NCBI GenBank assembly: GCA_033854175.1 | Contig: JAWOKN010000056.1 | Location: 3,736 to 67,735 of the forward strand | Direction: 5' to 3' | DNA from: Bacteroidota bacterium | GTDB taxonomy: Bacteria; Bacteroidota; Ignavibacteria; UBA10030; SZUA-254 | Length of the DNA: 64,000 nt | Shown here: in pieces, positions 29,091 through 37,997 of the stretch | Position numbering within the stretch: position 1 is the first letter of the stretch | How the letters are laid out: each line of letters begins with the position of its first letter | Program-made: the position numbers and the translations under genes | The notes under the pieces: model-generated | Database searches by the model: none | What the model was told of the DNA's origin: nothing | What the model saw: the letters and a program-made list of their open reading frames with translations, nothing else

Positions 29091-29306
29091 ATGGATCATC
29101 GAATGAACGGGGAAATCGTGGAAATCTACATCAGGGACGGGTCGACGCTTGCGAAAGTGCGCGTGGACGGCACCTATTTTCACGTTCCGCTTCTTCTCCT
29201 GATGAACGCCCATGTGGGCGACCACATCATCATCGACGCCGGAATCGCATTAACAAGGATCGAACGGAAGGCAAAGAGCCGGCAGGCTGCAGAACCGGCG
29301 CTGTAG
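29091..29306 (+). CDS. HypC/HupF-like small beta-barrel protein lacking the N-terminal Cys
   Basis: MDHRMNGEIVEIYIRDGSTLAKVRVDGTYFHVPLLLLMNAHVGDHIIIDAGIALTRIE parallels HypC (MCLAIP...VDFGG...VGDYVLVHVGFAI), but MC is replaced by MN. AAGGA lies 8 nt upstream. Confidence 0.3.
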   Translation: MDHRMNGEIVEIYIRDGSTLAKVRVDGTYFHVPLLLLMNAHVGDHIIIDAGIALTRIERKAKSRQAAEPAL

Positions 29307-29526
29307 AAAGACGTCTGATCGACGGAGAGGATCCGGCAGGAGGCTGTTTCCGAACACCCGGGAAAGCATGAAGCTATCCCACCATCCAGAAGAGTAACCC
29401 CCCCTTGAGGATGCACACCCGTTTTTTTACCCTAAATTCCGGACAGATATTCACGCGGAGGCAGGCAGAGAAATCAGACAAAAAGCGCGAATTTGCGATT
29501 CGGCCGAATAATGGCTAATATGCTGC

Positions 29527-32202
29527 ATGATGATCGGCACGCTCATATCCCATTACAAAATACTTGAAAAACTCGGCGAGGGAGGAATGGGTGTGGTATA
29601 CAAGGCGCACGACACAAAGCTCGAGCGCGTGGTTGCGCTGAAATTCCCCCCTCAGGCGCTCACGGCCGACCCGGAGGAGAGGGAGCGGTTTTACCAGGAG
29701 GCCCGATCGGCATCGCAGCTTCTCCACCCGAACGTCTGCACGATCTTTGAGATCAACGAATCGGAGAAGCAAATCTATATTGCCATGGAGTATGTCGACG
29801 GCCCGACCCTCAAGAAACGGATTCAGGCAGACAATCCGATGCCCCTGGGAAAATCCCTTGACATCGCCATCCAGATCTGCAACGGGCTTGTTGCCGCCCA
29901 TGAAAAGGGGATCGTGCACCGGGACATCAAATCCGAGAACATACTGCTGACGGCCAGGGGGGAGGTAAAAATCACCGATTTCGGACTCGCCAAGCTCAAA
30001 GGTGCGGAGAAGCTCACGAAAACAGGAAGTACATTGGGCACTGCCGCCTACATGTCCCCCGAGCAGGCGCGTGGTGAGGATGTCGATGCGAGAAGCGACA
30101 TATTCTCCTGCGGGGTGGTACTGTATGAACTCTTCGCCGGCAGGCTTCCTTTCCGCGGAGAACACCAGGCTGCGATACTCTACTCACTGGTGAACGAAGA
30201 GCCCGCGCCCCTGGCGAGGTTCAATGAGCACGTGTCGCCGGACCTGCAGCATATTGTTTCAAAGGCGCTCGCCAAAGACAGGGAGGACCGTTATCAGCAT
30301 GCCGACGAAATGCTTGCCGACTTGAGGCGGGAACGCAAACGCATGGAGTACGCGCGAACCGGTGTAATCATACAGCCAAAAGTGGTTTCCTCCACGCAAG
30401 AAGTCCAAGCGCAGGAAGCCTCAGACCGTTCGGGAGGCACCAAGCGAGTGATATGGGGCGTCGCCGGTGCTGTCATTCTTCTTGTCGCAGCCGGTATTTA
30501 TCTCACGGTCTGGAAACCCGGACCCAATCAGAGCGCGACAAATTCCGCAATCAGCAAGATTGCGGTACTCCCATTCGAGAACATCGGACCATCCGACAAG
30601 GAATATTTTGCGGACGGTCTCACCGACGAGATACGGACAAAGCTCAGTGGGCTTTCGAATCTGGCCGTCATTGCCCGTGCAAGTTCGATGCAGTACAAAA
30701 AGACCACGAAATCCATCTCGGAAATCGGCACCGAACTCAGTGTCGGTTACCTGTTGCAGGGGACCATACGATGGGAGGAAGGAGGATCGTCCCAGAGTGC
30801 TGTTCACCTTTTGGTAAATCCTTCCCTGGTGAAAATCACCGACGGGACGCAGGTCTGGTCGCAGTCATTCGAAGGGACCCTGTCGAGCGTCTTTCAGATG
30901 CAATCCGACATCGCGCAGCAGGTCGCACGCGCGCTCGAGGTGGCATTGAATCCCAGCGACCAGCAAGTCATCACCTCGAGGCCGACCAACAACGCCGAAG
31001 CGTACGATTACTTTTTACAGGGGCAGCAAAAATTGTATTTGCCGACCTCGGCGGACATGAAAGAGGCGCTTCCGATGTTTGAGAAAGCGATCAAACTTGA
31101 TCCAAAATTTGTCGCCGCCTATGCGGATTTATCCCGTGCGTACGCTTTCGCGACATTTCAGGGAATGAGCCCTGACAGCCTCCTTGTGTTATCGAAGAAA
31201 TCGCTTGACAAGGTCAAAGAACTGGAACCAAATTCGTTTCTGGCAAACTGGTCGGAAGGCTACTACTATTATTACGGGTTCAGAGATTACGACCAGGCAT
31301 TACGGCACTTCACCACGGCACTGAATCTCCAGCCCAACAATGTGGACATCATATCCGCGATCGGGTATGTCAAGCGGAGGCAGGGAAAATTCCAGGAAAG
31401 CCGCGATCTCCTCGCCAGGAGCTGTGATCTTGACCCGCAGGCGTGGCGCAACTGGTTCGAGCTCGGCTATGTAGAGCTCGTCATGCGTCAATATCCTCTG
31501 GCGGACGAACACATGAAGCGGGCGCTCCTGGTTTTCGGCAAGGGAAATGTCGCGGTAGCGGCATATCATTCGCAGGCCATCTTCTCCATGAACGGCGACG
31601 TCAGGGGGGCGCAGGAACTCTTCGACCGGGAGGCCGGCGAAAACAGATCGTGGTTATACAAGATGAGGAGTGCTCAACTCCATCTTGCGGGCGGGAATGT
31701 CGGCGCCGCCATAAATGATCTTTCCCGTGCGGTGCTCTCGGAGCCGGACGTGGATTCCACGGTCTACTACATGTTCTCAGGGCTCCTGCATGAACAATCC
31801 GGGCCCCGTAGTGCAGGGCGTGCTTATTTCGATAGTGCAAGAATTCTCGCAGAAAGAACAGTACACAACGCCCCCAATCAGGCCGTGGCTCACATGAATC
31901 TGGGAATCATCCTGGCTCATCTCGGACAAAAAGCCCGTGCAATTGAGGAGGGGGAAAAGGGGGTACGACTGATGCCGCTGGAAAAGGACGCGCTTGATGA
32001 AGGGCCGAACGCACTCTATGAGTTAGCTCAGATTTACGCTCTCACGGGAGAATCTGACGCTGCAATCGACAAGCTTGAACAGATATTGAGCATTCCAAAC
32101 ATGTACTCGGTCTATTTTGTGCAATCCGATCAGGAGCTTGCATCACTTGCGACGCTGCCCCGGTTTCAGAAATTGCTGGAAAAGTACAAAACTGCGCGGT
32201 AA
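29527..32202 (+). CDS. Ser/Thr protein kinase with TM helix, TolB-N-like periplasmic domain and TPR repeats
   Basis: Kinase subdomains are present (GEGGMGVVYKA, HRDIKSENILL, DFGLAK). TM helix is VIWGVAGAVILLVAAGIYLTVW. The periplasmic region has AVLPFENIGPSDKEYFADGLTDEI followed by TPR-like repeats. Confidence 0.85.
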   Translation: MMIGTLISHYKILEKLGEGGMGVVYKAHDTKLERVVALKFPPQALTADPEERERFYQEARSASQLLHPNVCTIFEINESEKQIYIAMEYVDGPTLKKRIQADNPMPLGKSLDIAIQICNGLVAAHEKGIVHRDIKSENILLTARGEVKITDFGLAKLKGAEKLTKTGSTLGTAAYMSPEQARGEDVDARSDIFSCGVVLYELFAGRLPFRGEHQAAILYSLVNEEPAPLARFNEHVSPDLQHIVSKALAKDREDRYQHADEMLADLRRERKRMEYARTGVIIQPKVVSSTQEVQAQEASDRSGGTKRVIWGVAGAVILLVAAGIYLTVWKPGPNQSATNSAISKIAVLPFENIGPSDKEYFADGLTDEIRTKLSGLSNLAVIARASSMQYKKTTKSISEIGTELSVGYLLQGTIRWEEGGSSQSAVHLLVNPSLVKITDGTQVWSQSFEGTLSSVFQMQSDIAQQVARALEVALNPSDQQVITSRPTNNAEAYDYFLQGQQKLYLPTSADMKEALPMFEKAIKLDPKFVAAYADLSRAYAFATFQGMSPDSLLVLSKKSLDKVKELEPNSFLANWSEGYYYYYGFRDYDQALRHFTTALNLQPNNVDIISAIGYVKRRQGKFQESRDLLARSCDLDPQAWRNWFELGYVELVMRQYPLADEHMKRALLVFGKGNVAVAAYHSQAIFSMNGDVRGAQELFDREAGENRSWLYKMRSAQLHLAGGNVGAAINDLSRAVLSEPDVDSTVYYMFSGLLHEQSGPRSAGRAYFDSARILAERTVHNAPNQAVAHMNLGIILAHLGQKARAIEEGEKGVRLMPLEKDALDEGPNALYELAQIYALTGESDAAIDKLEQILSIPNMYSVYFVQSDQELASLATLPRFQKLLEKYKTAR

Positions 32203-32358
32203 CACCGGACCTGAGGAAGATCCTCAGCCTCCTTCCTGATCATCCCTCCCCCTGGAACCCCCGCATGGGACAGATTCAAAGTCCTGCCTCAATTTTCGAA
32301 AAGAAATTCAAATGAGGCAACGAATCCCGCGATAAAAACCTTCATTTATGATGAAGAA

Positions 32359-32383
32359 TTATTCAACAGTACGTGTTGAATAA
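32359..32383. promoter_or_regulatory. 25-bp palindrome TTATTCAACA-gtacg-TGTTGAATAA (candidate bEBP upstream activator sequence)
   Basis: Perfect 10-bp arms in an AT-rich region, about 190 bp upstream of the sigma-54-like -24 element at 32560. Confidence 0.4.
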
Positions 32384-32559
32384 ATAAACGCATTCATAAA
32401 TACTTGTTTTGAAATTATTTACACATCTTCAGCAGCCTTCGCCCGGTTTTCTGTAAAATAATTCATCAACTCTTCTTCATCTCAATCCTGAAAAAAAGTT
32501 TCACTCCCCCATCTTCTTACATATTCACCACTTAGCATCACGGTTTTTTCCATAGTTAC

Positions 32560-32575
32560 TGGCATGATATTTACA
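32560..32575 (+). promoter_or_regulatory. sigma-54-like promoter candidate (TGGCAT-GATAT-TTACA)
   Basis: Correct GG/N5 spacing, with two mismatches to TGGCAC-N5-TTGC (the -12 GC is replaced by AC). It lies about 50 nt upstream of ATG 32626. The upstream palindrome and the operon-encoded bEBP support it. Confidence 0.35.
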
Positions 32576-32625
32576 TAAGTGATGGGTGAATAAATAAGCA
32601 CGCAAGGACAGAAGGAGCAGTGAAA

Positions 32626-33303
32626 ATGACAGTCATATTCGTAATAGCGACGATTATATTCTTCCTCACGCTTGATTGGGTTGTGAGGCGGATAAGGGCA
32701 AGAAAAGCAGCACCGGTAACTGCGGTACACCCGTCGGCATATCCGATACGTGTACCGGAGGGGATATTCTTCACCAGATCGCACACCTGGCTCAATCTTT
32801 TCCCCTCGGGGAAAGTACGGCTCGGAATCGATGATTTTGTGGGCCGCATGGTAGAAAACCCGCAGATCATTTTCCTCAAGAAAAGCGGCGAGAGTATCTC
32901 CCGTGGAGAGCCCCTGTTGACGATGAAGGAAGACGAGCATCTGCTGACCGTCAGATCGCCGATCGACGGGGAGATCGAATCGATCAACGAGGAACTCCCG
33001 CGGCATCCCGACCTTTTGAAGGACCTCCTTTTCAGTGACGGCTGGGCATACACGATCAAGCCGAGAAAGTTCTCTGAAATCAAGGGCTTACTTCTCGGGA
33101 CAGAGACGAGGGAATGGATGCGGGCGGAATTCGGCCGTCTGCGTGATTTCTTTGCGGGGATCTCTCACAACGGCACAATAGCCCCGGCCCTCCTGCAGGA
33201 CGGCGGGCCGCCGATGGCGGGCGTCATGAAAACGATGGACGACGCGGTGTGGCAGAATTTCGAGCATGAGTTCCTCACGATCGAAGAATCTGAAAGGGCA
33301 TAG
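32626..33303 (+). CDS. membrane-anchored glycine-cleavage-H-fold (lipoyl/biotinyl-type barrel) protein
   Basis: ATG 32626 has GAAGGAG 8 nt upstream. N-terminal TM helix is MTVIFVIATIIFFLTLDWVV, followed by RRIRARK. It continues ...FTRSHTWLN...GKVRLGIDDFVGRMVENPQIIFLKKSGESISRGEPLLTMKEDEHLLTVRSPIDGEIESINEEL...DGWAYTIKP, which parallels GcvH (HEW...vGitd.aq..lGdiv.v.lp.vG...ESvKaas..ysPvsGev.evNe...GWl.k.k). Confidence 0.5.
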   Translation: MTVIFVIATIIFFLTLDWVVRRIRARKAAPVTAVHPSAYPIRVPEGIFFTRSHTWLNLFPSGKVRLGIDDFVGRMVENPQIIFLKKSGESISRGEPLLTMKEDEHLLTVRSPIDGEIESINEELPRHPDLLKDLLFSDGWAYTIKPRKFSEIKGLLLGTETREWMRAEFGRLRDFFAGISHNGTIAPALLQDGGPPMAGVMKTMDDAVWQNFEHEFLTIEESERA

Positions 33304-33305
33304 CG

Positions 33306-34124
33306 ATGGCGAGTGCGAAGGCGATGTTAATCGACCTCACGATGTGCATCGGGTGCAATTCGTGTCAGGATGCCTGCAAGAAGGCAAACGGTTTACCCGA
33401 AGGGGAGGAACAGCAGTTATCGGCAACCGCCTATACGGCGCTCAATGAATACAACGGCGTCTATGTCCGGAGGATGTGTCAGCACTGCATCCAGCCGACC
33501 TGTGCATCGGTCTGTCCCGTTGGTGCGTTGAAAAAGACGCCCGAGGGGCCTGTCCTCTACGACGAATCGAAGTGTATCGGCTGCCGGTACTGCATGCAGG
33601 CATGTCCGTTCCAGGTGCCTAGGTACGAGTGGAGCAGCACCTATCCGAGAATCCAGAAATGCCGCTTCTGTGCGGAGAGGCTTGCGAAGGGGATGCCCAC
33701 GGCATGTTCGGAGGCATGTCCGACGGGTGCGACAAAATTCGGCGACCGGGACGAACTGGTGCGCGAGGCCTACCAGCGGATATCCGCGGAACCGGGGAAA
33801 TACATCGACAAGGTCTACGGCCTCCAGGAAGTCGGAGGGACGTCAATACTGTACCTCTCCTCGGTTCCGTTCGAGCAGCTGGGATTCAAGACCCAGCTGG
33901 AGTCCAACGCGCTGCCGCTCCTCACGTGGAACGTGCTGTCGAAGATTCCGAACGTGGTCAGTGTCGGCGGAGTGGCGCTCTTCGGCATCTGGTGGATCAC
34001 CAACCGCCGGATGGAACTCGAGAAAGAGCGAAAAAACGGCCGGGCAAACGGTACGGCGCCGGGGGATGACCATCATTCCCGGAAAGAACAAACCCAACAA
34101 ACCGAGAATGGAGAGAGAGTATGA
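33306..34124 (+). CDS. HybA/DsrO/NrfC-like 4x[4Fe-4S] ferredoxin-type subunit with C-terminal TM anchor, no Tat/Sec signal
   Basis: Four Cys clusters (CIGCNSCQDAC, CQHCIQPTCASVCP, CIGCRYCMQACP, CRFCAERLAKGMPTACSEACP). C-terminal helix is VVSVGGVALFGIWWITNRR. The N-terminus MASAKAMLIDLTMCIGC has no twin-arginine motif. Confidence 0.8.
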   Translation: MASAKAMLIDLTMCIGCNSCQDACKKANGLPEGEEQQLSATAYTALNEYNGVYVRRMCQHCIQPTCASVCPVGALKKTPEGPVLYDESKCIGCRYCMQACPFQVPRYEWSSTYPRIQKCRFCAERLAKGMPTACSEACPTGATKFGDRDELVREAYQRISAEPGKYIDKVYGLQEVGGTSILYLSSVPFEQLGFKTQLESNALPLLTWNVLSKIPNVVSVGGVALFGIWWITNRRMELEKERKNGRANGTAPGDDHHSRKEQTQQTENGERV

Positions 34125-35323
34125 AACGCAGACTTCAGCAACTGACACTCTGGAAGGTCGTCGCCGGGCTGATCATCCTCAGCGGCCTCATATCAACCTA
34201 CGTCCGTTTCGCAAAAGGGCTGGGGGCGGCGACGCACCTGAGCGATCAATTCCCGTGGGGATTATGGATCGGGTTTGACATCCTGTGCGGCGTGGGGCTT
34301 GCGGCCGGGGGGTTCACGCTGGCTGCGATCGTCTACATCTTCAACATCAGGCGGTTTGAAGCGATCATCCGGCCGACCATCTTGACGGCATTCCTCGGCT
34401 ATCTCCTTGTGATTGCCGCGCTGATGTTCGATCTCGGGCGGCCGCTGCAGATATGGCATGCGATCATCATGTGGAACCATCACTCGGTCATGTTCGAGGT
34501 CGCGTGGTGCGTCATGCTCTACACGACAGTTCTCGCCCTTGAATTTTCGCCGATGCTCTTTGAAAAATTCAGGATGAACAACACGCTGAAGACATTCCAC
34601 AAAATCAGCATACCGCTCATTATCCTCGGGGTGATCCTCTCGACGCTGCACCAGTCGTCGCTCGGCTCGCTCTACCTCATCGTGCCCGAGAAGCTCTACG
34701 GCCTCTGGTATTCCGCCTATCTGCCGGTATTCTTCTACGTCTCGGCGATCGCGGTCGGCTGTGCGATGGTCATCTTCGAATCCATCCTGAGTTCCCGGGC
34801 GTTCCGGAAGAGCCTGGAAACGAACCTCCTTGCGGAGCTGGCCCGCATCAGCGTCGTGGCGCTCGCCGTTTACGCCACGATGAAGATCGTCGACTTGAAG
34901 GACCGCGACGTCATCAGCCTCCTCTTCCTCCCCCGCGCCGAGACCTATTTTTACTGGGCTGAGATCACCGTCGGGGTCATCGCACCGATCATACTTTTCT
35001 CCATCAGAAAAGCCCGTGAGAGTCAGACGGGGTTATTCGCCGGGGCCACGATGATCATCACCGGGTTCATCATGAACCGTCTCAACATCAGTCTGACGGG
35101 GATGGAAGGCTGGGCCGGTCTTTCCTACTTCCCGTCATGGATGGAAATTTCCGTCACCCTCACCATCGTCACGGTGGGGTTCATTGCATTCCGGCTTGCG
35201 GCCAAATATCTGCCGGTGTTCAAGCCCGAACTGAACGTTCCCGAAAAGGAATTCGCACACCCGATCGTCGAGGATCTCCACAGCGTCTCATCGTCGCGGG
35301 AACGCTCGATGATACTGGAATAA
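34121..35323 (+). CDS. NrfD/PsrC/HybB-family polytopic membrane protein (quinone-interacting subunit)
   Basis: About 10 predicted TM helices. It overlaps the HybA-like gene by 4 nt and has the family-typical architecture. Confidence 0.8.
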   Translation: MKRRLQQLTLWKVVAGLIILSGLISTYVRFAKGLGAATHLSDQFPWGLWIGFDILCGVGLAAGGFTLAAIVYIFNIRRFEAIIRPTILTAFLGYLLVIAALMFDLGRPLQIWHAIIMWNHHSVMFEVAWCVMLYTTVLALEFSPMLFEKFRMNNTLKTFHKISIPLIILGVILSTLHQSSLGSLYLIVPEKLYGLWYSAYLPVFFYVSAIAVGCAMVIFESILSSRAFRKSLETNLLAELARISVVALAVYATMKIVDLKDRDVISLLFLPRAETYFYWAEITVGVIAPIILFSIRKARESQTGLFAGATMIITGFIMNRLNISLTGMEGWAGLSYFPSWMEISVTLTIVTVGFIAFRLAAKYLPVFKPELNVPEKEFAHPIVEDLHSVSSSRERSMILE

Positions 35324-35328
35324 TTGTC

Positions 35329-36087
35329 ATGAACGAGAATCAAAAAAATTACACAATCATCCCTGAAGGAGACTCCCGGTGTGTCTGGATGTCGGCCGGG
35401 ATCCTCAGCTACCAGCTCTGCAACCGCGCATTCGACTGCGACGCATGTCCGCTCGACATGGCGATGCGGCAGCACTTCCCGCGACCCGAGGGGGAGAAGG
35501 ATGAGGCGGCGCCAGGCAGGGAGCGTGAGGAAACAGAACTCCGCGGCGCGTACAGTTACACGGCAACGCATTTCTGGGTAAAGTCGATCTCCACCTCGCT
35601 CTACCGTGTGGGACTTGAACCGGGGATAGCCCACGCATTATTCGTCCCGCGGACCATCGTCTTGCCCGCCTCGGGTGAAACGCTCCAGGCATCGCAGCCC
35701 TGTCTCTGGTTCGTGATGGAGGCCGCGACCGTCCCCTTCGACGCATTCGCCGACGGCGTGGTTGTGACGCAGAATGTGCTCTTGCCGGAGCGGCCCTACA
35801 AAGTCCATTACCATCCGTACGACCAGGGATGGCTCTTTGACATGAAGTTCGACGCAGCGGGGGGTGAGCCGGATCTCCTGACCGCGGTCCAGGCGGAGAA
35901 ACTCTACGGCAGGGACCAGAAACTCTTCCGTGACAGGCTCCGCGACACGCTACAGACCGCGCCGGCTGGAGCGACACTCCAGGACGGCGGACAGCTTTTG
36001 AAAAATCTCCCTGAAATGCTCGGACCGAAGAAATACTTCGATCTCATCGAGGAGATCTTTCTGAAAAGGGGTGTCACAAAAAAATAA
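35329..36087 (+). CDS. soluble GcvH-fold protein with Cys-rich N-terminal extension (C-x12-C-x5-C-x2-C)
   Basis: N-terminus CVWMSAGILSYQLCNRAFDCDACP. It continues YTATHFWVKSISTSLYRVGLEPGIAHAL...ETLQASQPCLWFVMEAATVPFDAFADGVVVTQNVLLPERPYKVHYHPYDQGWLFDMK, which parallels the GcvH fold. There is no Lys at the lipoyl position. Confidence 0.45.
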   Translation: MNENQKNYTIIPEGDSRCVWMSAGILSYQLCNRAFDCDACPLDMAMRQHFPRPEGEKDEAAPGREREETELRGAYSYTATHFWVKSISTSLYRVGLEPGIAHALFVPRTIVLPASGETLQASQPCLWFVMEAATVPFDAFADGVVVTQNVLLPERPYKVHYHPYDQGWLFDMKFDAAGGEPDLLTAVQAEKLYGRDQKLFRDRLRDTLQTAPAGATLQDGGQLLKNLPEMLGPKKYFDLIEEIFLKRGVTKK

Positions 36088-36332
36088 CCCGCCGCGAACA
36101 GGCTGGACGGGGGTACCGCTCACCCGGGGGTGTACAGGGGTGGGCGGTAGTTATTCGGGGTGGGGGTGATCCGGTAAAACCACCTTTAACCATTTTGTGA
36201 TAAAATCCCCGAATTCATTTCAAATCTGATAACTCCGGGGGAAAAGACGGGCCGGAGAGAAGCCAAATCTCCGTTTTTCAGTATCATCTCAACCCCCTTT
36301 ATGGCACGAGAATTGACGATAACGGAAATGGT

Positions 36333-37982
36333 ATGAAGGCATTCCGTTCGCTCAGTGTGAGGGTATTTGCGGGGTCATTTCTCCTCCTTGTGACCCTCCT
36401 GGGGCTCTATTCCTATTTTGCGATAAAGTTTCACACCGAACAGATGATGGAGATCGTCCTGGGAAACGCAAGCCGCATCAGCGACATCATCAAGAACTCG
36501 ACCCACTACAGCATGCTCCTCAACAGGAAGGAGGACGTCTACCAGACGATCCTCACCATCGGCAAGGAAAAGGGGGTTGAAGGGATACGGATTTACAACA
36601 AGCGGGGAGAAATCATGGCCTCCTCCCGCACCGAAGAAAAACTGCAGATTGTCGACATGCATGCTGAAGCCTGTTACGTCTGCCATGAGAAGGGAAAACC
36701 CCTGGAATCGCTCGCATCGGACAACAGGATGCGGATCTACACCTCCCCGAAGGGGTACAGGGTACTGGGTTTGATCAACCCCATCCACAACGAGCCAAGC
36801 TGTTCGAATGCCGATTGCCATGCTCATCCGCCTGATAAAACCATACTCGGTGTACTCGACGTTCGGATGTCGCTGGAAAACGTCGACACGGCAATCGCCG
36901 AAGCGCACGCCAAGATGATCAGCTGGGCGGTCGGGGGAGTTCTCCTTGCATCGCTCCTCATCTCGGTCCTCCTCTACAGAACCGTGCATCGGCCCGTCAA
37001 GCGGCTCACGCTGGGGACGCATGAAGTCTCCTCCGGCAACCTCGATCTCCGGATACCCATACACTCGAAGGACGAACTGGGGCAGCTTGCCGAATCGTTC
37101 AATTCGATGACGACCTCATTGCGCAACCTCATTGAAGAGAAAAACACCTGGTCGCGCGAGCTGGAGGAGCGGGTCCGTGAAAAAACCGCCGAGTTGAAGC
37201 ACATTCACGAGCAGATCCTGCAGATTGAAAAGATGACATCGCTCGGGAAGCTCGCGGCGACCGTTGCGCACGAACTGAACAACCCCCTGGAAGGGATCCT
37301 GACCTACGCGAAGCTCCTGGCGAAGCAGCTCAGGAAAGCCGAATTCTCTGCGGACCGGTCAAAGGAATTTCTCGAGGAACTCAATCTCATCATCCAGGAA
37401 ACGGACCGGTGCGGAACGATCGTGAAGAACCTCCTCCTCTTTTCCCGGAAGCAGGTCGGCGAATTCGCGCTTGCGCCTGCGCGGCAGATCGTGGAGAAGG
37501 CCCAGCGTCTCGTGGATCACCACTTCCACATCTCCAACGTGAAATTCGAGGCCACGTACGCGCCTGAGGACGTGTCGCTCATGTGCGACGAAATGCAGAT
37601 CCAGCAGGCCTTGATTGCGCTCTTTGTCAACGCGGTTGAAGCCATGCCGGGGGGCGGCACACTGCGCGTCGATGTCTCGCAGCGTTCGAAGGATGACAAC
37701 ATCATCCTCCGCATTTCGGACACCGGTACGGGGATAGCGGAGGAGGATCTCCACAACATCTTCGAACCATTTTTCACAACAAAAAAGGAGGGTCAGGGTG
37801 TCGGCCTCGGCCTCTCGGTTGTCTACGGCATCGTCGTCCGTCACGGCGGCACGATCAGTGTGGAGTCGAGTCTCAACAAGGGAACGGCATTCACGCTGAC
37901 CTTCCCGGCGCTTGAGCGGAGCACCAAGGGAATCCCGGAGCCGGAGGCGAAAAAATCACCCATTGATCCACACTATGCATAA
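36333..37982 (+). CDS. sensor histidine kinase with periplasmic CXXCH (putative c-type heme) sensor domain
   Basis: TM1, then a ~165-aa periplasmic region containing CYVCH and CSNADCH, then TM2 (ISWAVGGVLLASLLISVLLY), a HAMP domain, HisKA (LAATVAHELNNPL) and HATPase_c (DTGTGI...GQGVGLGL). Confidence 0.85.
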   Translation: MKAFRSLSVRVFAGSFLLLVTLLGLYSYFAIKFHTEQMMEIVLGNASRISDIIKNSTHYSMLLNRKEDVYQTILTIGKEKGVEGIRIYNKRGEIMASSRTEEKLQIVDMHAEACYVCHEKGKPLESLASDNRMRIYTSPKGYRVLGLINPIHNEPSCSNADCHAHPPDKTILGVLDVRMSLENVDTAIAEAHAKMISWAVGGVLLASLLISVLLYRTVHRPVKRLTLGTHEVSSGNLDLRIPIHSKDELGQLAESFNSMTTSLRNLIEEKNTWSRELEERVREKTAELKHIHEQILQIEKMTSLGKLAATVAHELNNPLEGILTYAKLLAKQLRKAEFSADRSKEFLEELNLIIQETDRCGTIVKNLLLFSRKQVGEFALAPARQIVEKAQRLVDHHFHISNVKFEATYAPEDVSLMCDEMQIQQALIALFVNAVEAMPGGGTLRVDVSQRSKDDNIILRISDTGTGIAEEDLHNIFEPFFTTKKEGQGVGLGLSVVYGIVVRHGGTISVESSLNKGTAFTLTFPALERSTKGIPEPEAKKSPIDPHYA

Positions 37983-37997
37983 CCTCACAGAAAACGT

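Noticed and set aside
29515-30165. 216-aa minus-strand ORF
   Set aside because: It is antisense to the kinase domain of the Ser/Thr kinase gene. This is a shadow ORF.
36302-36317. TGGCAC-GAGAA-TTGAC sigma-54-like element just before the kinase gene
   Set aside because: The -12 GC is not conserved, and the predicted transcription start would be ~5 nt before the ATG, leaving no leader or RBS. It is probably a chance match inside the 3' end or intergenic junction.
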